Origin: a candidate division WOR-3 bacterium
Lineage (GTDB): Bacteria; Hydrothermota; Hydrothermia; LBFQ01; DSFT01
Assembly: GCA_965649115.1 (NCBI GenBank)
Contig: CBFGJN010000026.1
Span: forward strand, 1 to 23,725
DNA: 23,725 nucleotides
Direction of reading: 5' to 3'
A program made the position numbers and the translations under genes. Under the pieces are notes generated by a model. The model was not told the origin of the DNA. It made no database searches and saw nothing but the letters and a program-made list of their open reading frames with translations. Shown here one piece after another: positions 7,470 through 16,905 of the stretch. Within the stretch, counting starts at the first letter, position 1. The number at the start of each line of letters is the position of its first letter.

Positions 7470-8639
7470 TTAGAATTTTTGGACATATCTGAAAGAAAGA
7501 AATTGTTGCTTATTTGTTAAAAATAATCTAATGAATTTATATTTAAAATCAATGGCTAATTGGTAGTTTTCATTTTCATTTAACTGAACATTACATCCAA
7601 ATAAAGGTTTATATTCATCACAAATTGAATTCAAATTTCTATACTGATAAATTGAAATAAACTTATAACCAATTTTAATAGCATTATCTCTAAAAATTGA
7701 TATTTTTAAGCCTTCTTCATTCTCAAATTGAATTTTATAGTAATATTCCGAAATTCTAAATTCAAGGTTTGAACCATCCGTTATTTTGTAATTTATTGAA
7801 TGATATTGATAAGTGTTTGAAAAATTTGAAGAAATTGTTATGGGATAATTTTTAAATTTTAAGTAAATTGAAAATTTTTCACTGGTATTTGAATAATTCC
7901 AAGAAGTATCCAAAAGTTTTCTGAAAATTAATTTGAGATAAATGAAATCATTTTTTAAATTAATTCCATAAGCATAATTCAAATGTTTTGATAGTAAAAT
8001 TTCAAAGCTAAAAACACTTAAATTATTTGAAATAACAAAAGATGGTTTTTCGTTTCCTAAAATTGATATAAAGGAGTTTCTAAAATTATAGGAAAGTAAA
8101 TAGTTTCTTAAAGTATCAAAAAATACCTCAAAATTTTTAAATTTAAAAAGTAGTGCTAAATTATTATAAAAATAAATTCCATTATTTATATTGTTCTTGA
8201 AATAAACTTTTGAAATTAATCCCAAACCCTTTGAAATATAGAAATTCCCAAAATAAAAATTTTGATAACCTAAAAGAAAATAACTTTCTGAAAATTTTAA
8301 TGAAAATTCTCTATATTTTAAATTTGCTCTAAGCTTGTAATTTAAAGTTGAATCGTAATTGAAAGAAATTATAAAATTTATAAATTTTTTTTCTTTTTTT
8401 GATATAAAGATGTAATTTCTTAAAATTTCTCTTTCAATTGAGCTTAAATTTAAACTTTCAGCAAATTCATTAAATGAATGATATGGTCTTTGTTTTAAAA
8501 TTTTTTGAATATCTTCATCTGTGAAAAATGGAATTGAATTTAATTCTTCATATTTGGCACTATTTATATCAATTATTTGAATTTCAAGACTATCAAAAGA
8601 AGCATTTGTAATAAGTAAGAGCAATAATGGTTTTAGCAT
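7470..8639 (-). CDS. Exported/outer-membrane protein with N-terminal ComEA-like helix-hairpin-helix region
   Basis: Hydrophobic N-terminus, IDINSAKYEELNSIP...QKILKQRPYHSFNE (HhH-like), GNFYISKGLGL, and an aromatic beta-rich C-terminus ending in F. Confidence 0.6.
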   Translation of the reverse strand: MLKPLLLLLITNASFDSLEIQIIDINSAKYEELNSIPFFTDEDIQKILKQRPYHSFNEFAESLNLSSIEREILRNYIFISKKEKKFINFIISFNYDSTLNYKLRANLKYREFSLKFSESYFLLGYQNFYFGNFYISKGLGLISKVYFKNNINNGIYFYNNLALLFKFKNFEVFFDTLRNYLLSYNFRNSFISILGNEKPSFVISNNLSVFSFEILLSKHLNYAYGINLKNDFIYLKLIFRKLLDTSWNYSNTSEKFSIYLKFKNYPITISSNFSNTYQYHSINYKITDGSNLEFRISEYYYKIQFENEEGLKISIFRDNAIKIGYKFISIYQYRNLNSICDEYKPLFGCNVQLNENENYQLAIDFKYKFIRLFLTNKQQFLSFRYVQKF

Positions 8640-9093
8640 CTTTTATTTCATTATTTTTTATCATTTCATAAGCTTTTTCTATATCAATCCAGATAATTTC
8701 AATATCTTCTTCCTCCTCCGGATTATTTTTTGTAATTTCAAAATTTTCTGTATAAAATAAATGGATAATTTCTGAACAATATCCGGGAGCGACAAAAAAT
8801 TTAATTAAAAATGTTAATTCATTTGCTTTTATTCCTGCTTCTTCTAATAATTCTCTTTTTGCAGTTTCAATTGGCGTTTCATTTTCTTCAAGTGTTCCCG
8901 CTGGAATTTCAATTAATTTTTCTCTTGAAGGGTGTCTATATTGTTTTACAAATAAAAATTGATTGTTTTTTTTGACAAGAATAGCAACAGCTCCTGGATG
9001 ATATATTACATCTCTTAAAATTTTTTTATTATTTATTGTTAATTCTTCACTTCTAACCTCAAAGACTTTACCCTTATAAATTAGCTTATTCAT
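8593..9093 (-). CDS. nudF: Nudix hydrolase, ADP-ribose pyrophosphatase-like
   Basis: Nudix box GTLEENETPIETAKRELLEEAG, plus HPGAVAIL, QYRHP, EIPAG, PGYCSE and IKDAKT. ATG at 9093. Confidence 0.88.
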   Translation of the reverse strand: MNKLIYKGKVFEVRSEELTINNKKILRDVIYHPGAVAILVKKNNQFLFVKQYRHPSREKLIEIPAGTLEENETPIETAKRELLEEAGIKANELTFLIKFFVAPGYCSEIIHLFYTENFEITKNNPEEEEDIEIIWIDIEKAYEMIKNNEIKDAKTIIALTYYKCFF

Positions 9094-9790
9094 AAGCAAT
9101 TTGAATTGTGTTTATGAAACCATATTCAGAAAGTGATCTTATTCCATAACCAATTTTATATTTTTTAAAATTAATCTCAATTCCTGCTAAAAATCCCGTT
9201 AATAAATCCTTAGATATGTTAAAATCGTTGTATCTATTTGAATAGGAAATATAAAGTGTTAAAGTTTTTGAAACTGATTTTTGATAGGCAATATTGTAAA
9301 TGGTTTTATAACTCAATTCATAAGAAATACTAATGCTAAAATTTTTATAATTTCCATTTATACCAAAAATTATTGGTGTATTAAGTCCAAGATAATCAAA
9401 GAATAAGTTTAAATTTATATTTTTAATTCTCTTTGGATAATATGCTCCAATACTTAAATTTAAATCATTTTTAATAATACTCTCATAATGAACATTGAAT
9501 TTAAAGTAGCTTTTGTATAACGAGAAGTTTATAAAACTAGCATAAAATTCACCGATAAAATTCCCACTTTCATCAAATTTTTCAATTTTTCCAGAGTTTA
9601 AGTAATTTAAATAGAAAATTAAATTATTTTTTAAATTATACGAAATTGAACCAAAATTTATATCCGAAATATAATTACTTACAGAAAAAACAAATTTTTC
9701 CTTTGGAATAAAAAATTTATCATAAATTTGTTCATAAAGTGAATATCTTATTATTGGAGATTCCATAAATGATATAAAAATTTCAATCAT
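9086..9790 (-). CDS. PorV/PorQ-like outer-membrane beta-barrel protein
   Basis: ATG 9790 overlaps the hbd stop. NYISDINFGSISY and YLNSGKIEKFDESGNFIGEF resemble PorV/PorQ-family motifs, and the C-terminus is beta-rich. Confidence 0.55.
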   Translation of the reverse strand: MIEIFISFMESPIIRYSLYEQIYDKFFIPKEKFVFSVSNYISDINFGSISYNLKNNLIFYLNYLNSGKIEKFDESGNFIGEFYASFINFSLYKSYFKFNVHYESIIKNDLNLSIGAYYPKRIKNINLNLFFDYLGLNTPIIFGINGNYKNFSISISYELSYKTIYNIAYQKSVSKTLTLYISYSNRYNDFNISKDLLTGFLAGIEINFKKYKIGYGIRSLSEYGFINTIQIAYE

Positions 9791-10625
9791 ATTCATAAAA
9801 TCCTTTCTTAGTTTTTCTTCCAAGATAACCTGCTTCAACCATTTTTATTAAGAGTGGAGCAGGTCTGTATTTTGGGTCCTTAAAGTTTTCATATAAAACA
9901 TTTAAAATATCTAAAACAACATCAAGACCAATTAAATCAGCTAATTGTAATGGTCCCATAGGATGGTTCATACCAAGTTTCATTATATTATCAATTGATT
10001 CTTTGTCTGCAATTCCTTCTCCAAGAGCAAATATAGCTTCATTTATTAAAGGCATTAAAACTCTATTTGATATAAATCCAGGAAAGTCTTTAACAACAAT
10101 AGGAACCTTTTCTAATGTTTTTGAAATTTCAACTATTTCATTAACTGTTTCCTCACTTGTTATAAATCCTTTAACAACTTCAACAAGTTTCATAACAGGA
10201 ACAGGATTAAAGAAGTGCATTCCAATTACTTTTTCTGGTCTATTTGTAGCTTTTGATAATCTTGTTATAGAGATGCTTGAAGTATTACTTGCCAAAATAA
10301 CATCTTTATTAGTTATTTTATCAAGTTTTGAAAAAATTTCTTTTTTTATCTCCTCTTTTTCTACTACTGCTTCAATAACAAGTTCAACTTCTCTAAAATC
10401 TTCTAAATTTTTTGTGGTTTTTATTCTACTTAAAATTTTTTCTTTATCTTCTAATTTAACAATTCCTTTTTTGATTTGTCTGTCAAGGTTTTCAGAAATA
10501 GTCTTTATTGCTTTTTGTAGAATTTCATCAGATATATCGCATAAGAGAACATCATATCCATATTGAGCAAAAACATGAGCAATTCCATTTCCCATAGTTC
10601 CCGCACCTACTACGCCAACTTTCAT
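9783..10625 (-). CDS. hbd: 3-hydroxybutyryl-CoA (3-hydroxyacyl-CoA) dehydrogenase
   Basis: GAGTMGNGIA, EAVVE, ASNTSSISIT, GMHFFNPVPVMKLVE, PGFISNR, HPMGPLQLADLIGLD, GRKTKKGFYEY. Confidence 0.95.
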   Translation of the reverse strand: MKVGVVGAGTMGNGIAHVFAQYGYDVLLCDISDEILQKAIKTISENLDRQIKKGIVKLEDKEKILSRIKTTKNLEDFREVELVIEAVVEKEEIKKEIFSKLDKITNKDVILASNTSSISITRLSKATNRPEKVIGMHFFNPVPVMKLVEVVKGFITSEETVNEIVEISKTLEKVPIVVKDFPGFISNRVLMPLINEAIFALGEGIADKESIDNIMKLGMNHPMGPLQLADLIGLDVVLDILNVLYENFKDPKYRPAPLLIKMVEAGYLGRKTKKGFYEYD

Positions 10626-10627
10626 AG

Positions 10628-10876
10628 CTAAAAACCTCCTTTTCCTTCACTTCTTATTTTCTTTATGCTTTCTATTATTTGTCCTAAATAGGATTTTTCT
10701 TGACCATCCTCTTGGTAATATAAACCTTCATAAATTCTTTTTAAATAAGGAATTTTTTGCCCATCTTTCTGGTAATATAAACCTTCTTCAAGTTTTTGAG
10801 AAAAGGTTTTAAGAATTTCCCTTGTTTCCACGAGAACCTCCTTTAACTCCACATTATCTAAATTTTTCTCTTCCAT
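10628..10876 (-). CDS. Small hypothetical protein with a 19-aa tandem repeat
   Basis: 82 aa with EGLYYQxDGQxxxYL twice (57-bp period). Its 3' end supplies the SD (ggagg) for hbd. Confidence 0.7.
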   Translation of the reverse strand: MEEKNLDNVELKEVLVETREILKTFSQKLEEGLYYQKDGQKIPYLKRIYEGLYYQEDGQEKSYLGQIIESIKKIRSEGKGGF

Positions 10877-10912
10877 AGTTTTGAAATTTTAAAGCTTTTT
10901 TTAATTTCCGTG

Positions 10913-11117
10913 TGCTTTGTCTAGTAATTCTAAAAATATGATTATTTCTATATTTTCCCCACCCACCCTATGAATAAGGCTTCGCCTTATAAATACCCAT
11001 TTTTCGGCTATGGGGGCGAAGCCCCCATTAAAAACCCCCCATAAAAACTATAATTTTCTTAAAATTTTTATAAGTTATTGACAATCAATAAGTTAGCAAT
11101 AATTATTGGACAAAGCA
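10913..11117 (+). mobile_element. 205-bp MITE, full copy; right end abuts a truncated cas5
   Basis: TIR tgctttgtctagtaatt / aattattggacaaagca (15/17 match). Internal hairpin atgggggcgaagcccccat and IHF-like palindrome at 11071-11095. No matching TSD. Confidence 0.82.
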
Positions 11118-11118
11118 A

Positions 11119-11385
11119 ACTGAAATTGGTGGCAATTTTAAAAAATTTATATGGATTCCAAAAGAAACTTTCCCTCAAAATCAATTTAACTTTGAAAAAA
11201 TTGAGGGTATTTTATACAAAATTCCAACATTTTATTCACTGAAAAATGGCATAAGAGATTTTCAATATATTGATGTTAAGCTAAATGAAGGTGAAATTAA
11301 CGCAGAGCGGGAAATAAAACTTTATATTGATGAAGAAGAAAATGCGCCAGTATTTTTAGCAAATTTAGGAGGAGCTTTAATATGA
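11119..11385 (+). pseudogene. cas5: 3' remnant of a type I-B Cas5-like gene (no start codon)
   Basis: Start-less 88-codon frame TEIGGNFKKFIWIPKETF...FEKIEGILYKIPTFYSLKNGIRDFQYIDVKLNEG...LYIDEEENAPVFLANLGGALI* resembles Cas5 C-termini as I recall them. It ends in a GGAGG plus ATGA overlap, and cas3-4-1-2 lie downstream. Confidence 0.62.
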
Positions 11386-11437
11386 ACGAGCTAAGATTGC
11401 TTGTTCTATTTATTTGTAAATTAGGAGGATTAGGAAT

Positions 11438-13672
11438 ATGGCTGGAGAACCCATAAGTGAAGAGGATTCAAAAACTCTTATAGATGAACATTTGAGAAAC
11501 AGAGGATGGGACATTACTGATTTCTCAAAAATTAAGAAAGAATATCTCACACCAGCAGGAAAACCTGTAGATTACATATTTTTTGATAAAAATGGAAATC
11601 CGGTAGCAATTTTAGAAGCAAAAAAGCTGGGTAAGGATTTATATGGAGCTCTTGAACAAGCTAAAGGTTATGTGAAAGAATTTCAAGAAGATGGTATAGA
11701 TATATCCCTTGTTTTTTCAAGTGATGGAAAAATTTTTCTGAAGCAGAATTTGAAGGCAAGAACACTTCCTGAAAGGATAGAACAATTTCCAACTCCAGAT
11801 GAGTTCTATGAAATAATTCATCCCGAAGTGAAAAAAGTTATCATTCATCTAAGACCCTATCAAAAAATTGCCATCTCACAGGTAATATCATCTTTTCTTG
11901 CAGGCAGGGATAAGATGTATATACACATGGCAACAGGAACAGGAAAAACAGCAGTTGCATCATCAATCATCGCCAAGTTACTAACTATGGGAAAAATCAA
12001 AAAAGTTTTATTTATGGTCGATAGAGACTCTTTGGCAACCCAAACTGTGAATAAATTAAAAGAATATGGCCTTGGTGAATACTGGGAGATAAAACGACTT
12101 ACAGCAGATCCATCTGATAGATATGCCGATATCCTGGTTTCTACTGTTCAGATGTTGGCAACAGGAGATAAATTTACATTATATCCTAACGATTTCTTTG
12201 ATTTGATAATACTGGATGAGTGTCATAGATCTTATTTTGGAGATTGGCATAAAGTTGTGGAGTATTTCAGAAGTAACAAAAAAGCTGTAATTCTCGGGCT
12301 TACCGCAACTCCCTCTGATAAAGAAACTGTTAATACTGATGAATATTTTGGACCACCTGTTTTTAAATATACCTACAGACAAGCGGTCAAGGACGGTATT
12401 CTTGCAGATACAATTTACTACAAATTTCAAACTAATGTTGACCTTTATGGAATTCATGAACTTGGTTTTGATTTTGACCCTGAAGATTTGGGAAGGGCTG
12501 TGGATGTTACTCAAAGAAATGAACTAATTGCGGAGAAGTATTTTGAAGTTATTGATTTTGAAAAGGAGAAGAAACTGAAAAAAGCCCTCGTATTTGCTGC
12601 AAGTATTCCGCATGCAAACAATTTAAGATACGCATTCATTAAAAAATATAACGAGCTTATGGGACTACCACCTAATGATGCTACCGCAGAGGATTTTATA
12701 GTAGCAATCCATACGGGAATGCCTAATGCTAAGGATTTGATAAGAGAGTTTCAACGGATTAATAGCAGAATTAAAATTGCCGTCTCAATAGATATGCTTT
12801 CCACAGGAATTGACGCCCCGGACATTGAAGTCCTCGTTATGGCAAGACCAACTAAATCCAAAGTTCTCTATGCTCAAATGAAGGGAAGAGGAGCAAGAAA
12901 ATGTGAAGAAACTGGCAAAGATAAGTTCATTCTTATTGACTTTGTCGACTCTTGGGCTATTGAGGAAGAGATTATAACAAATGAAATTTTAGAAAAAGAG
13001 GAAGAAACTCAATACGAAGAACCTGTTTCATCTGAAAAAGAACCAACAGTGGTAGGGGAAAAACAGGCAGAATATAAAGTAAAAGAACACAGAGAGGTTA
13101 GGCACAAGGAGATGGTAATTCTTGATATCCCTGTGTGGATAGAATATTCAGAAGTAATAGAACCTCAAATAATTGATCAAATTACAAAACAAATACAACA
13201 TCAGGTAAAAAATGCAAGTGATAGAATAACACTAACATCTAAATTCCAGCAAGCACTAATTTCTTGGCGGTATTTTAGGGGTGATGAACCTGTTAGTGAA
13301 GATTATCTAAAAGCTATGGGTTTTGACCTTGAAACATTGAGAGAAATATATGGTGAACCCAAAGCAGAGTTAAAGGACTTTATTGATGTTGCACTTGGCA
13401 AAAAGACATTTCCCACACCTGAAGAAAGGAAAAAGCAAACTTTTAAAAGATGGCTAAAAGAAGAAAAGAAAATTCCAGACGAGGGAATAGATTTTATTAT
13501 GATTTATGTTGACTTTAAGAGCAAAAATCCAGAGCTTACCCTTTCACAGTTCATTAGGAGTAGAATTGTAGATTTGAAAGGCGGACTCACAAAAATTGAG
13601 CAGATATTTGGAAGTGTTGAAAACTTCAAAAATTTAGCAGAAGAAACATACAGGAGGTGGGAACATGGCTGA
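11438..13672 (+). CDS. hsdR: Type I restriction enzyme R subunit
   Basis: PD-(D/E)xK nuclease (PVDY...LEAKK, EQAKGY), Walker A MATGTGKT, DECHRS, GLTATP, MLSTGIDAP and QMKGRGAR. Confidence 0.92.
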   Translation: MAGEPISEEDSKTLIDEHLRNRGWDITDFSKIKKEYLTPAGKPVDYIFFDKNGNPVAILEAKKLGKDLYGALEQAKGYVKEFQEDGIDISLVFSSDGKIFLKQNLKARTLPERIEQFPTPDEFYEIIHPEVKKVIIHLRPYQKIAISQVISSFLAGRDKMYIHMATGTGKTAVASSIIAKLLTMGKIKKVLFMVDRDSLATQTVNKLKEYGLGEYWEIKRLTADPSDRYADILVSTVQMLATGDKFTLYPNDFFDLIILDECHRSYFGDWHKVVEYFRSNKKAVILGLTATPSDKETVNTDEYFGPPVFKYTYRQAVKDGILADTIYYKFQTNVDLYGIHELGFDFDPEDLGRAVDVTQRNELIAEKYFEVIDFEKEKKLKKALVFAASIPHANNLRYAFIKKYNELMGLPPNDATAEDFIVAIHTGMPNAKDLIREFQRINSRIKIAVSIDMLSTGIDAPDIEVLVMARPTKSKVLYAQMKGRGARKCEETGKDKFILIDFVDSWAIEEEIITNEILEKEEETQYEEPVSSEKEPTVVGEKQAEYKVKEHREVRHKEMVILDIPVWIEYSEVIEPQIIDQITKQIQHQVKNASDRITLTSKFQQALISWRYFRGDEPVSEDYLKAMGFDLETLREIYGEPKAELKDFIDVALGKKTFPTPEERKKQTFKRWLKEEKKIPDEGIDFIMIYVDFKSKNPELTLSQFIRSRIVDLKGGLTKIEQIFGSVENFKNLAEETYRRWEHG

Positions 13673-15209
13673 CACAATTCATGATTTTGGAAGGTTGTTG
13701 TGGGAAATAGCAGGAATACTAAGACAGGAGGGCTTGCCTTCATGGGAGTATGTAGAGGAGTTTTCATATTTTCTATTCCTCAAACTCTTTGATGAAAAAG
13801 AAATAGAGCGGGAGAAAATAGCCCAGGTTGATGAAAAAGATTACACTCCGATAATCCCTGAAAAATTCAGATTTCATAATTGGGCAGAAGCACCAGAAAG
13901 TTGGGCTAAATCTCAAGGATATAGGGATGTGGCGGATTTTTTGAAAGATTTATTTTCTACACTTGCAAAACTTGATAAACAAGGAAATCAAGAAAGAAAG
14001 ATAATAGCAAAAATTTTCAAAGGACACGAACCGAAGATAAAAAAGGATAAAACACTAAGCGAACTTGCAAAAAGGATTTTAGATTTAAGGTTAAGAGGTG
14101 TCCCTTATGACCAGATGGGACAAGCATATGAGTATCTCATCCAGAAAATTGGCGCTGAAAAGGAATTTTCTGAATACTTTACACCAAGACATATTGTTGA
14201 GTTCATGGTTGAGATAATTGACCCAAAACCAGCTGAAAAAATCTACGACCCTGCAGCAGGAACTGGTGGCTTTCTCGTGAAAGCGCACGATTATGTTATT
14301 CATAAATATATAGAGAAGGAAAAAGATTCAGCAAAGAAGGAATTTTTGTTAAGACAGCTTAGAGAAAATCTATTTGGTAGGGAGAAAGTAGAATATGTTT
14401 ATCGCCTTGGTCTTATGAATCTTGTCCTGCACGGGGATGGGAGTTCAAACTTTGAGCATGGAGATTCTTTATCCGCTCCTGTAATAGCAAAAGAGAGAAA
14501 TTTCTACGATGTTGTTCTTACAAATCCTCCTTTTGGCAATTTGAAGTATGAGATAACAGGGACCTTTGACCACCCGACGAAGAGGATGGAAACTTTATTC
14601 TTACAGCATGTTATGAACGCAGTAAAACCAGGGGGAAGAGTTGGAATAGTTGTTCCTGATAGTGTTCTTTTCAGGGCAGATAATGCTCATAAATGGGTAA
14701 GAAAAAGATTAATTGAAGAGTTCAATGTTTTTGCGATTGTATCTTTGCCTTCTGGTGTTTTTCAGCCATACACAGGGTCAAAGACCTCTCTGCTTTTCTT
14801 TGAAAAACCAAAAGATGAAAACGCTCCAAAAACAACAAAGATATGGTATTATGTGGTTGAAAACGATGGTTTTGATTTGGGGGCAACAAGGCGACCCATA
14901 TATAAGAATGACCTACCAGATGCTTTAATGAAATGGAAAATTTGGAAAGAAAATGGAAAAGTTCCAGATGAGTGGTTTGGAGAAGGACCTAATCCAGATA
15001 AACAAAAGTGCTGGGTTGTTAATGTTGATACAATAAGAAAAAATGATTATTATCTTAATGCAAACCGCTATGCTCCTTATAAAGTTGAAGAAGTTGAATA
15101 CGAAGACCCTGCAACGCTTATAGAGGAGTTGATTTCTAAGCAGGAGGAAATACTTGATGGAATGAAAAAACTATATTCATTAATTGGGGGAGCGAACCAT
15201 GACCTTTGA
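13665..15209 (+). CDS. hsdM: Type I R-M N6-adenine methyltransferase M subunit
   Basis: YFLFLK, EYFTPRHIV, motif I DPAAGTGGFL, motif IV NPPF, SLPSGVFQPY and NDGFDL. Overlaps the hsdR stop. Confidence 0.94.
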   Translation: MADTIHDFGRLLWEIAGILRQEGLPSWEYVEEFSYFLFLKLFDEKEIEREKIAQVDEKDYTPIIPEKFRFHNWAEAPESWAKSQGYRDVADFLKDLFSTLAKLDKQGNQERKIIAKIFKGHEPKIKKDKTLSELAKRILDLRLRGVPYDQMGQAYEYLIQKIGAEKEFSEYFTPRHIVEFMVEIIDPKPAEKIYDPAAGTGGFLVKAHDYVIHKYIEKEKDSAKKEFLLRQLRENLFGREKVEYVYRLGLMNLVLHGDGSSNFEHGDSLSAPVIAKERNFYDVVLTNPPFGNLKYEITGTFDHPTKRMETLFLQHVMNAVKPGGRVGIVVPDSVLFRADNAHKWVRKRLIEEFNVFAIVSLPSGVFQPYTGSKTSLLFFEKPKDENAPKTTKIWYYVVENDGFDLGATRRPIYKNDLPDALMKWKIWKENGKVPDEWFGEGPNPDKQKCWVVNVDTIRKNDYYLNANRYAPYKVEEVEYEDPATLIEELISKQEEILDGMKKLYSLIGGANHDL

Positions 15210-16905
15210 GAACCTGCCAGATACCTGGAAGGTTGTGAGATTGGGAGATAATTTAATAAAACTTGAAACAGGGAAGAGACAAAAAGGTGGTGCTTTAAAA
15301 GAAGGAGATGTTCTAAGTATAGGAGGGGAACATATAAATGATTTTGGTAGAGTAGAAATAAAGGAACCCAAATATATCACTTTTGACTTTTACAAAAAAT
15401 TAAAAAATGGGAAATTACAAAAAGGGGATATTGTTGTCTGTAAGGATGGTGCAAAGACAGGGAAAGTGGCGTATATTCATGAACTGCCGAGTGAGTATTG
15501 TGCTGTTAATGAGCATGTATTTATTATCCGAACGCAAGAGGAGAAATTAAATAGTGCTTATTTATTTTTCTTCCTCTTTTCCAAAGAAGGACAAAGACAA
15601 ATACGGGAAAGATTTCACGGGATTATTTGGGGAATAAAGAAAGAAGATGTTTACGAGATTTCAATCCCCCTTCCACCACTTCCAGAACAAAAACTCATTG
15701 TTGAAATCCTAACCCTTGCACAAGATTTGATAAGAAAGCAAAAAGAAGCCATAGCTTTGATTGATAAAATCCTCATGGCTAAATTCATTGAAATGTTCGG
15801 CGACCCTGCAACAAATCCCAAGGGGTGGGAAGTGAGGAGATTGGGAGATAATTTAATAAAACTTGAAACAGGGAAGAGACAGAAAGGTGGTGCTTTAAAA
15901 GAAGGAGATGTTCTAAGTATAGGAGGGGAACATATAAATGATTTTGGTAGAGTAGAAATAAAGGAACCCAAATATATCACTTTTGACTTTTACAAAAAAT
16001 TAAAAAATGGGAAATTACAAAAAGGGGATATTGTTGTCTGTAAGGATGGTGCAAAGACAGGGAAAGTGGCGTATATTCATGAACTGCCGAGTGAGTATTG
16101 TGCTGTTAATGAGCATGTATTTATTATCCGAACGCAAGAGGAGAAATTAAATAGTGCTTATTTATTTTTCTTCCTCTTTTCCAAAGAAGGACAAAGACAA
16201 ATACGGGAAAGATTTCACGGGATTATTGGGGGAATAAAGAAAGAAGATGTTTACGAGATTTCAATCCCCCTTCCACCCATAGAACTCCAAAAACAATTTG
16301 CCCAAATCGTTGAAGAATTTGAAAAGAAGAGAGAAGAAATGCAAAAAAACTTGGAAACCCTTGAATCACTCTTTAAACTCCTTCAGAAAAAAGCGTTTAC
16401 AGGAGAACTGACAGCAAAGTGGAGAGAACAGAATAAAATTGAGTGGGAACTTCCAAAGATAACAGAGAGACAAGCTGTTTTGCTTGCCTGTCTTTATTAC
16501 TATCAAAACCTCGTCCAAAAGCCTGCTATGGTTACCATGGCTATGAAATCGGCATTTCTCCTTCAACAAGAAGCAGGTCTAAATCTTGGCTATAACTTCA
16601 TACCTTACAAATACGGACCCTTTTCCAAAGAAGTATATGAAGATTTGGAAGAACTTGAGAAAAACCTTCTCGTTGAAAGAGTAAAGCCAAAGAAAGATTT
16701 AGAAATGACAGAGATTAAACTTCTTGATGAATTCAAAGATTGGACAGAAAGAATAATAAATAATCTCCCTCAAAAAATAAAATATGAGATAAAAACTTAC
16801 ACAGAAAAATATGGCAAGATGAACCTTAACGAATTGCTTGATTATGTCTATGCTAAATATCCTAAATATGCGATAAAGAGTGAGAGAAAGGAAAGAAAAA
16901 AATGA
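15199..16905 (+). CDS. hsdS: Type I R-M specificity subunit with two near-identical TRDs and a C-terminal Panacea/DUF4065(SocA)-like domain
   Basis: ATG 15199. LPDTWKVVRLG, PLPPLPEQ, EMFGDP.TNPKGW, PLPPIELQ and AFTGEL, followed by about 160 extra aa with TMAMKSAFLL, YNFIPYKYGPFSKEVY and LLDYVYAKYP. Confidence 0.9.
   Translation: MTFENLPDTWKVVRLGDNLIKLETGKRQKGGALKEGDVLSIGGEHINDFGRVEIKEPKYITFDFYKKLKNGKLQKGDIVVCKDGAKTGKVAYIHELPSEYCAVNEHVFIIRTQEEKLNSAYLFFFLFSKEGQRQIRERFHGIIWGIKKEDVYEISIPLPPLPEQKLIVEILTLAQDLIRKQKEAIALIDKILMAKFIEMFGDPATNPKGWEVRRLGDNLIKLETGKRQKGGALKEGDVLSIGGEHINDFGRVEIKEPKYITFDFYKKLKNGKLQKGDIVVCKDGAKTGKVAYIHELPSEYCAVNEHVFIIRTQEEKLNSAYLFFFLFSKEGQRQIRERFHGIIGGIKKEDVYEISIPLPPIELQKQFAQIVEEFEKKREEMQKNLETLESLFKLLQKKAFTGELTAKWREQNKIEWELPKITERQAVLLACLYYYQNLVQKPAMVTMAMKSAFLLQQEAGLNLGYNFIPYKYGPFSKEVYEDLEELEKNLLVERVKPKKDLEMTEIKLLDEFKDWTERIINNLPQKIKYEIKTYTEKYGKMNLNELLDYVYAKYPKYAIKSERKERKK
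15237..16277 (+). repeat. 441-bp direct repeat (TRD1 15237-15677, TRD2 15837-16277), 2 mismatches
   Basis: Line-by-line comparison at a 600-bp offset shows differences only at 15282/15882 (silent) and 15628/16228 (TGG Trp vs GGG Gly). Confidence 0.97.

Noticed and set aside
9791..9838. TTG-extended N-terminus of the PorV/Q-like ORF
   Set aside because: Lies inside hbd and is hydrophilic. The coupled ATG at 9790 is more plausible.
10003..10566. 187-aa plus-strand ORF, and other nested ORFs (6260, 12179, 12339, 13504, 14091, 14713, 15180, 15651, 16366, 16699, 17675, 18104, 20715)
   Set aside because: All lie inside well-supported genes on the opposite strand or in alternative frames. The two similar ORFs at 15180 and 15651 merely mirror the TRD duplication.
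11382..11456. 24-aa ORF MNELRLLVLF... with a good SD
   Set aside because: Better explained as the orphaned start of the gene that originally followed cas5 (probably cas3) running into cassette DNA. A leader peptide cannot be excluded.
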